A DNA stretch of 19,884 nt, taken from Eledone cirrhosa (Eukaryota). The translations under genes were made by a program, and so were the position numbers. The notes under the pieces were generated by a model. That model saw only the letters and a list, made by a program, of their open reading frames with translations, searched no databases and was not told the origin of the DNA. Within the stretch, counting starts at the first letter, position 1. The number at the start of each line of letters is the position of its first letter. Location: the NCBI GenBank assembly GCA_964016885.1, contig CAXHJY010000673.1, positions 1 to 19,884 on the forward strand. The letters run 5' to 3'. Positions 1 to 11,897 of the stretch are shown here, one piece after another.

Positions 1-424
1 CATATACATAATATATATACATAACATACATATACATATACATATATATATACATATACATACATATACATATAACATATATATATACATATACATACAT
101 ATACATATATATATATACATATCATATATATATATACATACATATATATATATACATACTATATATATACAATACAAATATATATACATACATATATATA
201 TACATACATATATACATATATATATTATATATATATACACACATATATATACATATATATACTATATATATACATACATAATATACATATATATATATAT
301 ATACATATACATACATAAACATAATATATATATATATAATATACATATACATACATATACATACATATATATAATATTTTATATACATACATACATACCA
401 TATATATATATATAATATATATAT

Positions 425-463
<39 letters not shown>

Positions 464-725
464 CATATATATATATATATATATACATATACATACATAT
501 ACATACACATCTATATATATATATATATATATATTATACATACATACACATACATATACATAAGATATATATATATATATATATATATACATACATATAT
601 ATAGTTATATATATATATATATATACATACATATAATATATATATATATATATACATACATACATATATATATATATACTATATACATACATATATATAT
701 ACATACATACATATATATATACTTA

Positions 726-763
<38 letters not shown>

Positions 764-873
764 CATACATACATATATATATTATAATTAGATATATATA
801 CATACATATATATATATATATAATACATATACATACATATATATAATATATATATACATACATACATACATAC

Positions 874-906
<33 letters not shown>

Positions 907-919
907 CATATACATACAT

Positions 920-978
<59 letters not shown>

Positions 979-1157
979 CATACATATACATACATATATA
1001 ATATATATATACATATACATACATCTACATACATATATATATATACATATACTTACATATATATCATATAAATATATATATATATATACATACATATAAA
1101 TATATATATATATATATACGTACATATATACATACATATATATATATATATACATAC

Positions 1158-1188
<31 letters not shown>

Positions 1189-1476
1189 CATACATATAGT
1201 ACATACATATATATATACATACATATATAATACATACATATATATATATATCATATATATATATATATACATATATATATAATATACCATATATATATAT
1301 ACATATATATATATATCATATATATTATATATATACATATATATATATAATACATATATAAATATACATAATATATAGTATATATATATATACAATATAT
1401 ATACTATATATATATATACACTATTATACATATATATATATAATATAATATATATATATACATATAATATATATAC

Positions 1477-1515
<39 letters not shown>

Positions 1516-1755
1516 CATATATATATACATATATATATATATATACACATATATATATACATATATATATATATACATATACTATATATATATACACTAT
1601 ATATATATATATATACACATATACTATATACTATATATATATATATAAATATATATATACATGTGTAATATATATATATATATGTATATATATATACATA
1701 TATATAATATACTACACATATTATATATATATACATATATATATATTATATACAC

Positions 1756-1786
<31 letters not shown>

Positions 1787-1803
1787 CACATATATATATA
1801 AAC

Positions 1804-1840
<37 letters not shown>

Positions 1841-1923
1841 CATATATATATACATATATATATACATATATATAAATATATATACATATATATATACATA
1901 TATATATACTATATATATATATA

Positions 1924-1964
<41 letters not shown>

Positions 1965-2391
1965 TAAACATATATATATACATTATATATATATATATAT
2001 ATATACATTATATATATATATATAATACATATATCTAATATATATATACAATAATATATATATACATACATATACATACATATATACATATATATACACA
2101 TATATATATACATAATATATACACAATACATATACATACATATATATATAGACATATATATATACATATATATATACATATATATTATACATATATATAT
2201 ACATATATATATACATATATATATACATAATATATATACATATATATATATATACATATATATATACATATACATACATATATATATACATATATATATA
2301 TATATACATACATATATACATATATATATACATACATATATACATATATATATACACATATATATACATACATATATACACATATATATAC

Positions 2392-2424
<33 letters not shown>

Positions 2425-2487
2425 CACATATATATACATATATATATACATTATATATATATATATATACACAATATATATACATAC

Positions 2488-2521
<34 letters not shown>

Positions 2522-2566
2522 TATACATACATATATATATTATATATATACACATATAGACATACA

Positions 2567-2597
<31 letters not shown>

Positions 2598-2713
2598 TAT
2601 ACATACATATATATATATATATATATACACATATATATACATACATATATATATATATATATATACACATTTATACATACATAATATATATATATATATA
2701 TATACACATATAT

Positions 2714-2752
<39 letters not shown>

Positions 2753-2788
2753 CATATATAAATATATATACATCATATATATACATAA

Positions 2789-2821
<33 letters not shown>

Positions 2822-3241
2822 TATACATACATATATATATATATATACACATATATATACATACATATATATATATATATATACACATATATATACATAC
2901 ATATATATATATATATACACATATATATACATACATATTATATATATACATATATATATATATACATATAATATATATATATATACATATATATATACAT
3001 ATATATATCATATAATATAATATACATATATATATATATATACATATCATTACATATATATATAATTACATATATATATATATACATATATATACATATA
3101 TATATATACATATATATATATATACATATATATACATATACATAATATAGATATATACAATAGAATATACATATATATATATATATAATATACATATATA
3201 TATATACATATATATACATATATATATATATACATATATAC

Positions 3242-3273
<32 letters not shown>

Positions 3274-3283
3274 CATATTATAC

Positions 3284-3315
<32 letters not shown>

Positions 3316-3384
3316 CATATACATATATAATATATACATATATATATATATACTATATATATATATACATATATATATATATAC

Positions 3385-3416
<32 letters not shown>

Positions 3417-3441
3417 TATATATATTACATATATATATACA

Positions 3442-3480
<39 letters not shown>

Positions 3481-3481
3481 C

Positions 3482-3552
<71 letters not shown>

Positions 3553-3556
3553 CATC

Positions 3557-3632
<76 letters not shown>

Positions 3633-3696
3633 CATATATATATAATATATATATACATATACATACATATATATATATATATATACACATATACAT
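1..3696. repeat. Compound (TA)n/(TACA)n/(CA) microsatellite block 1
   Basis: Near-continuous purine-pyrimidine alternation (tatatatacatacata...) with very few G on the + strand. It produces all the Y/I/M/C/V pseudo-ORFs in this interval. Confidence 0.98.
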
Positions 3697-4155
3697 ACTT
3701 ACACCTCTCCAAGACAATGTCACTGGACCGAGACCTTTGGCGGTACTCAGTAACAGAGAAGACCCGCCTTACCTAAATATATAGTAAAACCCACTCCAGC
3801 CAGTAGGCATCTCTAACAAAATACACCCCGTCCCACCACCCACCACCCCCACCCCATCCACACCACCCAGTTCTATGTAAAGTTATGTGGGTGCCGCGCC
3901 ATCGAGGCCGAAACAAATGAGATCGTGTAGGTGTCACGACAAAAAAACACACAGTCCACGCTGTAATGTGGCCGTGTAGGCAACACGGTAAAAACCTCCC
4001 AGACCCACACTGTAAATGTGGTTGGTGTTAGGAAGGGCATCCAACTGTAGAAAACCTGCCAGACAGTCCTATGCGAGCAAGACAATCACGTCTTGCCTCA
4101 AGTGGGACTACCCCCGTCCAAACCATGCAAGCGTGGGAACACGGACGTTAAACGT

Positions 4156-4186
<31 letters not shown>
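3697..4186 (+). mobile_element. RTE-clade LINE family A, copy A1 (3' ~490 bp only, 5'-truncated)
   Basis: Encodes the last codons LHLSKTMSLDRDLWRYSVTEKTRLT* (TAA 3774-3776), identical to the C-terminus of ORFs 8191..8610 and 11083..11748. A ~380-bp 3' UTR follows, nearly identical to the reverse complement of the other A copies, then a (GAT)10 tail at 4157-4186. Confidence 0.93.
4115..4147 (+). other. 3'-terminal RNA stem-loop of RTE family A (putative RT recognition element)
   Basis: CGTCC-aaa-CCATG-caag-CGTGG-gaacac-GGACG just before ttaaacgtt(GAT)n. It is present in all four A copies and structurally conserved in family B. Confidence 0.65.
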
Positions 4187-4301
4187 ACATATATATATAT
4201 ATATATATATACATATATATACATATACATATAATATACATATACATATCATATAATATATACATACATACATATACATACATATATATATATACATACA
4301 T

Positions 4302-4332
<31 letters not shown>

Positions 4333-4369
4333 CATACATATACATACATATATATATATATATACATAC

Positions 4370-4404
<35 letters not shown>

Positions 4405-4502
4405 CATATATATACACATAACATACATATATATATATATATATATACATATACACATATACATACATATATATATATTATATTATATATACATATACAC
4501 AT

Positions 4503-4533
<31 letters not shown>

Positions 4534-4552
4534 CATATACACATATACATAC

Positions 4553-4586
<34 letters not shown>

Positions 4587-4638
4587 ACATACATATATAT
4601 ATATATATATACACATATACATACATATATATATACAT

Positions 4639-4669
<31 letters not shown>

Positions 4670-4908
4670 CATCATATATATATATATATATATACATATA
4701 CATACATATATATTATATATATATATATATACATATACATACATATATATATATATATATACATATACATACATATATATATATTATATATATATACATA
4801 TACACACATATATATAATATATATATATACATATACACACATATACATATATATATATATATATATACATATACATACATGTATATATATATATACACAT
4901 ATACATAC

Positions 4909-4939
<31 letters not shown>

Positions 4940-4948
4940 TATATATAT

Positions 4949-4987
<39 letters not shown>

Positions 4988-5410
4988 CATACATGTATAT
5001 ATATAATATACACATATACATACATATTTATATATATATACATGTATATATATATAATACACATATATATATATATACATGTTAATATATATATACACAT
5101 ATACATACATATATATATATATACATACATGTATAATATATAATACATATACATACATGTATATATATATACATATACATACATGTATATATATATACAT
5201 ATACATACATGTATATATATATATACATATACATACATGTATATATATATATACACATATACATACATATATATATATATACATATACATACATGTATAT
5301 ATATATATATACATATACATACATACATATATATATACATATACATACATACATATATATATACATATACATACATACATATATACATATACATACATAC
5401 ATATATATAC

Positions 5411-5462
<52 letters not shown>

Positions 5463-5484
5463 ATATATATACATATACATACAC

Positions 5485-5518
<34 letters not shown>

Positions 5519-5737
5519 ATATACATACACATTTATATATATATATATATACATATACATACATACATATACATATATATATACATATACATACATACAT
5601 ATACATACATACATATACATACATACAATATACATATATATATACATATACATACATACATATACATACATACATATACATACATACATATATATACATA
5701 TACATACATATATATATATACATATACATACATACAT

Positions 5738-5769
<32 letters not shown>

Positions 5770-5972
5770 GCATACATACATATACATATATATATATATG
5801 CATACATACATATACATACATACATATATATATATACATATACATACATATATATATATACATACATATATATATATACATATACATACATATACATACA
5901 TATATATATATACATACATATATATATATACATATACATACATATACATACATATATATATATACATACATA

Positions 5973-6031
<59 letters not shown>

Positions 6032-6405
6032 ACATATATATACATACATATATATATATATACATATATATATATACATACATATATATATATACATACA
6101 TATATATACATATATACATATACATATATATATATATACATACATATATATATATACATACATATATAATATATACATATACATATATATATATACATAT
6201 ACATATATACATATATACATATACATATATATACATATATATATATACATATATATATATACATATATATATATATACATATATATACATATATATATAT
6301 ACATATATACATATACATATATACATATATACATATACATATATACATATATATACATATATATACATATACATACATATATACATATACATACATATAT
6401 ACATA

Positions 6406-6450
<45 letters not shown>
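4187..6450. repeat. Compound (TA)n/(TACA)n microsatellite block 2
   Basis: Same composition as block 1, with a local variant unit containing CATG (catacatgtatata) repeated around 4875-5300. Confidence 0.98.
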
Positions 6451-6451
<1 letters not shown>

Positions 6452-7775
6452 CAGATGCCCTCTTCTTGGTGAGACAAATGCAAGAGAGGTTCTTAGAGAA
6501 GAATAAGCCACTATACTTGGCCTTTGTTGACCTAGAGAAGGCCTTTGATAGGGTACCCCGATCTGTCATCTGGTGGTCCCTAAGGAAGCTGGGTGTTGAG
6601 GAATGGCTTGTAAGGACAGTGCAAACTTTGTACAGAGGTACTCTCAGTAAAGTCAGGGTAGGAATGGAGTTTAGTGAGGAATTCCAGATACAAGTAGGAG
6701 TACATCAGGGTTCGGTCCTCAGCCCGCTCTTGTTCATTATAGTCCTCCAAGCCATAACAGAGGAGTTTAAGACTGGCTGTCCATGGGAACTTCTCTATGC
6801 TGACGATCTGGCTCTTATGGCAGAATCAGTAGAGGAGCTAGAGAATAAATTCCGGCTATGGAAACAGCAGTTGGAAGCAAGAGGACTGAGAGTAAATCTA
6901 GCTAAGACAAAAGTGTTGATGAGTAGAAAAGAGGACAAAACCCTGATTCCGTCAGGGAAATGGCCATGTTCGATATGCAGAAAAGGAACTGGCATAAATT
7001 CTATAAAATGCACACAATGTAGGTCCTGGGTACACAAGAGATGTAGCGGGATAGCAGGCAAACTAACAGGTAGGGAGAAATATGTATGCAGTAGATGTAC
7101 AGGGAAATTAGACAGTAGAAGTCGCACTGATAGACACATTTTTCAAATGCGAGAGGGCGCTATAGAAGTGGTGGATAGCTTCCGGTACCTAGGAGATCAG
7201 ATTAGCATGGGAGGAGGGTGTTCCGAGGCCATAGTATCTAGAATAAGGACGGGTTGGAAGAAGTTTAGGGAGCTGCTTCCTCTGTTGACGAAGAAGGGTT
7301 TCTCCCTGCATACGAAAGGCCGGTTGTATGATGCCTGTGTGAGGAGCGCGATGCTGCATGGTAGTGAGACATGGGCAGCTACCGCAGAAGATATGCGACG
7401 GCTGGAGAGAAATGAGGCAAGCATGCTCCGTTGGATGTGCAGTGTAAATGTGCTGTGAACGACCCAGCATAAATGTGTTGAGAGAGAAACTGTGTCTGAG
7501 AGGGATAGAATGTAGTGTACGGGAGAGGAGACTGAGGTGGTATGGACATGTGATGCGCATGGAGGATGACCGATGGGTGAAGAAGTGCCAGGAAATGCCA
7601 GTTGAAGGAAGACGTAGTAGAGGAAGACCACGAAAAACATGGGCGGAAGGTGGTGAGAACAGACCTCAGATCATTGAAGCTCACGGTGGAGATGACGAGG
7701 GACCGTGACGAGTGGAGAGATGCTGTGCTGAATAAGACCCGTCCCACCCTTGCAAGCAGGGAAAAGCGGACGTAA
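6451..7775 (+). pseudogene. RTE reverse transcriptase fragment (family B) with internal PHD-type finger, two +1 frameshifts
   Basis: Motifs [31 protein letters not shown] (YADD 6796-6807), [34 protein letters not shown] and GRPRKTW. Frameshifts at ~7454 and ~7648; the final frame reads VVRTDLRSLKLTVEMTRDRDEWRDAVLNKTRPTLASREKRT* (TAA 7773-7775). Confidence 0.92.
7740..7772 (+). other. 3'-terminal RNA stem-loop of RTE family B
   Basis: CGTCC-cac-CCTTG-caag-CAGGG-aaaagc-GGACG, overlapping the last codons of the ORF. Same architecture as the family A hairpin. Confidence 0.65.
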
Positions 7776-7798
7776 AAATGATGATGATGATGATATAC

Positions 7799-9900
7799 AT
7801 CATCATCATCATCATCAACGTTTAACGTCCGTGTTCCACGCTTGCATGGGTTTGGACGTGGGTAGTCCCACTTGAGGCAAGAGTGATTGTCTTGCTCGCA
7901 TAGGACTGTCTGGCAGGTTTTCTACAGTTGGATGCCCTTCCTAACACCAACCACATTTACAGTGTGGGTCTGGGAGGTTTTTTACCGTGTTGCCTACACG
8001 GCCACATTACAGCGTGGAATGTGTGTTTTTTTGTTGTGACACCTACACGATCTCATTTGTTTCGGCCTGGATGGTGTGGCACCAACACAACTTTACATAG
8101 AACTGGGTGGCGTGGATGGGTTGGGGGTGGTGGGACGGGGGGCTATTTTGTTAGAGACGCCTACTGGCTGTAGTAGGTTTTACTATGTATTTAGGTAAGG
8201 CGGGTCTTCTCTGTTACTGAGTACCGCCAAAGGTCTCGGTCCAGTGACATTGTCTTGGAGAGGTGTAAGTGTGTGAGGTCGGAGTTTATCAGCTCGTCCC
8301 AGGTTTTTCTAGGTCTGCCTATTCCGTGGCTACCATCTATCTTTATTGCCCTGCACTTTGTTATACAGCTATCGACTTTCATGCGCATCACGTGTCCATA
8401 CCAACGTAGCCTTCTCTCGAGTAAACAACATCTGATCCCTCTTATTTCTAATTTTTTCCTTAGTTCGTTTATGCTTTGCCGTTCACGTATATTACTGTTA
8501 CACATCCAGCGGAGCATGCAAGCTTCGTTCCTCTCTAGTCTGCGTATATCCTCTGCACACAATGCCCAGGTCTCACTGCCATGCAACATTGCCTGTTCGT
8601 ATGCAGGCATCGTACAACCTGCCTTTCATTTTTAGGGAGAACCCTTTAGCAGCTAATAGTGGTATAAGCTCTCTGAACTTTTTCCAACCAGTTCTGACTC
8701 TAGCTACTGTACTTTCAGAGCACCTTCCCCCACTGCTGATTTTATCACCCAGGTAGCGGAAACTGTCCACTATTTCTATAGAACCCTCTGCGCAATTGAA
8801 AGAGCTAGTATTTTGTGGGCACTTGCTGCTACTTATTGTACCTGAGCACCGGCCACATGTAAAATTTATGTTCCTAGTTAGCTTACCTGTGATCCCACTA
8901 CATCTTTTATGCACCCATACTTTGCATTTAGGACATAAAATGGAGTTTCTACCTACGCCTTTCCTACACACCGAGCACGACCATTTCCCAGAAGGGACCG
9001 CCGCCTTATTTTCTTTCCTACAAACTAGAACTTTAGTCTTAGCCAGGTTAATTTTAAGGCCTTTTGATTCTAGGCCGTGCTTCCATGTTTGGAATTTCTT
9101 CTCTAGCTCGGCCATTGATTCCGCTATGAGTGTCAGGTCGTCTGCGTATAGGAGTTCCCATGGGCAGCCGGTCTTGAACTCCTCTGTTATAGCCTGAAGG
9201 GCAATAATAAATAGTAGGGGGCTGAGAACAGAGCCCTGATGGACGCCAACTTTTACGTTAAACTCTTCACTATATTCGTTGTGTAATTCTAACCTTGCTG
9301 ACTGTTTCTTTATACATGGCTTGTATAGCTCTCACAAGCCATTCGTCAACGCCTAGTTTTCTAAGAGCCCACCAGATAATGGAGCGGGGGGACTCTGTCG
9401 AAGGCTTTCTCCAAGTCGACAAAAGCTAAGTAGAGGGGTTTACCTTTAGCTAGGTACTTCTCCTGTAGTTGTCGTACAATGAAAAGAGCGTCTGTGGTAC
9501 TTTTGCCTGACACAAACCCGAACTGCATTTCATCTAGGTCAATTCTTTCTCTGATTAGTTGTGCTATTACTTTTTCCGTGACCTTCATGACCTGGTCGGT
9601 TAATTTAATGCCTCTATAGTTACTCCTATCTAGGGCGTCTCCTTTACCCTTATAACAGTTAACGATGATGCTGCTATGCCAGTCCTTCGGAACAACCCTC
9701 ATTCTGTATGACTCGGTTAACTATGCGGGTGACCATGGTGTGTCCCACCGTGCCAGATGCCTTCAGCATCTCAGCAACTATTTCCGAAGGCCCAGCCGCC
9801 TTACCAGTCTTCATATCCTTGATTGCCTTACTTATTATTATTATACTCCCCTCGACTAACACTGCTGGTCCCTCTATTGGGTCGATATGGGAGAAAGACT
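7799..9900 (-). mobile_element. RTE-clade LINE family A, copy A2 (~2.1 kb, 5'-truncated, no APE endonuclease region)
   Basis: (ATC)6 tail at 7799-7816, family A 3' UTR 7817-8190 and RT coding region 8191-9900, which ends abruptly in the microsatellite. Confidence 0.94.
8191..9900 (-). pseudogene. RTE reverse transcriptase (family A) with internal PHD-type finger, four +1 frameshifts
   Basis: Joining ORF pieces gives [72 protein letters not shown] (YADD 9137-9148), FRYLG, LHGSETW, RRLRWYGHVMRM and GRPRKTW. Frameshifts near 9697, 9388, 9288 and 8592. Confidence 0.93.
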
Positions 9901-9902
9901 AC

Positions 9903-9953
<51 letters not shown>

Positions 9954-10134
9954 CATATATACATACATATATATATATACATATATACATACATATATAT
10001 ACATATATACATATATATATACATATATACATACATATATATACATATATACATATATATATATATATACAATAATACATACATATATATATATACATAT
10101 ATACATACATATATATATATATACATATACATAC

Positions 10135-10165
<31 letters not shown>

Positions 10166-10220
10166 CATATATACATACATATATATATATATACATATAC
10201 ATACATATATATATACATAC

Positions 10221-10255
<35 letters not shown>

Positions 10256-10615
10256 CATATATACATATACATACATATATATATACATACATATATATAT
10301 ACATACATATACATATATATATACATACATATATATATACATACATACACATACATATATATATACATACATATACATACATATATATATACATACATTA
10401 TACATACATATATATATACATACATATACATACATATATATATACATACATATACATACATATATATATACATACATATACATACATATATATATACATA
10501 CATATACATACATATATATATACATACATATACATACATATATATATACATACATATACATACATATATATATACATACATATACATACATATACATACA
10601 TACATATACATACAT

Positions 10616-10685
<70 letters not shown>
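9901..10685. repeat. Compound (TA)n/(TACA)n microsatellite block 3
   Basis: Alternating TA/CA with no G on the + strand and a locally regular ~28-bp higher-order unit around 10400-10600. Confidence 0.98.
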
Positions 10686-10687
<2 letters not shown>

Positions 10688-11691
10688 CATCATCAATCAT
10701 CATCAACGTTTAACGTCCGTGTTCCACGCTTGCATGGGTTTGGACGGGGGTAGTCCCACTTGAGGCAAGAGTGATTGTCTTGCTCGCATAGGACTGTCTG
10801 GCAGGTTTTCTACAGTTGGATGCCCTTCCTAACACCAACCACATTTACAGTGTGGGTCTGGGAGGTTTTTACCGTGTTGCCTACATGGCCACATTACAGC
10901 GTGGACTGTGTGTTTTTTTGTCGTGACACCTACACGATCTCATTTGTTTCGGCCTGGATGGCGCGGCACCAACATAACTTTACATAGAACGGGGTGGTGT
11001 GGATAGAGTGGGGGTGGTGGTGGTGGAACGGGGTGTATTTTGTTAGAGATGCCTACTGGCTGGAGTAGGTTCTACTATATATTTAGGTAAGGCGGGTCTT
11101 CTCTGTTACTGAGTACCGCCAAAGGTCTCGGTCCAGTGACATTGTCTTGGAGAGGTGTAAGTGTGTGATGTCGGAGTTTATCAGCTCGTCCCAGGTTTTT
11201 CTAGGTCTGCCTATTCCGTGACTACCGTCTATCTTTATTGCCCTGCACTTTGTTATACAGCTATCGACTTTCATGCGCATCACGTGTCCATACCAACGTA
11301 GCCTTCTCTCGAGTAAACAACATCTGATCCCTCTTATCTCTAGTTTTTTCCTTAGTTCGTTTATGCTTTGCCGTTCACGTATATTACTGTTACACATCCA
11401 GCGGAGCATGCAAGCTTCGTTCCTCTCTAGTCTGCGTATATCCTCTGCACACAATGCCCAGGTCTCACTGCCATGCAGCATTACTGTTCGTATGCAGGCA
11501 TCGGATAACCTGCCTTTCATTTTTAGGGAGAACCCTTTAGCAGCTAATAGTGGTATAAGCTCTCTGAACTTTTTCCAACCAGTTCTGACACTAGCTACAG
11601 TACTTTCAGAGCACCCTCCCCCACTGCTGATTTTATCGCCCAGGTAACGGAAGCTGTCCACTATTTCTATAGAACCCTCTGCGCCATTGAA
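10686..11691 (-). mobile_element. RTE-clade LINE family A, copy A3 (~1.0 kb, 5'-truncated)
   Basis: Interrupted (ATC)n tail at 10686-10704 followed by the family A 3' UTR. The coding part matches 8191-8800 closely until ...gcgccattgaa (11691), then switches to a short TA tract. Confidence 0.94.
11083..11691 (-). pseudogene. C-terminal fragment of family A RTE ORF (uninterrupted frame, no native start)
   Basis: [18 protein letters not shown]...LHGSETW...RRLRWYGHVMRM...GRPRKTW...EKTRLT*. The first ~19 aa of track ORF 11083..11748 come from flanking DNA. Confidence 0.9.
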
Positions 11692-11839
11692 TATATACAT
11701 ATATATATAGTATATAAGGGAGAGGATCAGGGGTGTATAACACTCCACTTATCCAATAGGCAGCATAAGGTTAGCTCGATGTCTGAGGACAGAGCCGTGA
11801 TATAATCAACAACAAAGAACGCCTATAGTATATGTATAT

Positions 11840-11897
11840 CTTTACTTGCTAACATTGTTTCATCCGCACTATAAGTGGGACTCATCAGAGCATAAAG
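11840..11897 (-). ncRNA. Minimal type I hammerhead ribozyme
   Basis: Minus strand reads CUUUA-UGCU CUGAUGA GUCC-CACU-uau-AGUG-c-GGAU GAAA C-aau-G U U AGCA-ag-UAAAG. The CUGAUGA and GAAA core is complete, with stem II 4+4 bp, a 2-bp stem III, a GUU cleavage triplet and stem I 4+5 bp with an AG bulge. Predicted cut between 11851 and 11850. Confidence 0.85.

Larger units (their letters stand above)
6451..7794 (+). mobile_element. RTE-clade LINE family B, 5'-truncated copy
   Basis: Starts abruptly out of the microsatellite in mid-RT ([12 protein letters not shown]). Ends in a hairpin (7740-7772) and an (ATG/GAT)n tail (7778-7794), with essentially no 3' UTR. Confidence 0.93.

Noticed and set aside
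3873-4234. Short ORFs in the family A 3' UTR, including poly-Asp/poly-His stretches (also 7928..8173, 10775..10987, 19601..19876)
   Set aside because: They recur only because the UTR is repeated, frames differ between copies through indels, and the homopolymeric residues are the (GAT)n tail.
5209-7458. 749-aa ORF as a genuine repeat-RT fusion protein
   Set aside because: The first 414 codons are microsatellite that happens to be in frame with a 5'-truncated RT starting at 6451.
6795-9197. Antisense ORFs over the RTE coding regions (6795..7139, 7189..7560, 7197..7640, 7379..7747, 8255..8635, 8562..8756, 8796..9197)
   Set aside because: Shadow frames of the RT strand with no recognisable motifs.
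3690-11700. Target-site duplications around the RTE copies
   Set aside because: The flanks are low-complexity TA/TACA, so any apparent duplication is uninformative.
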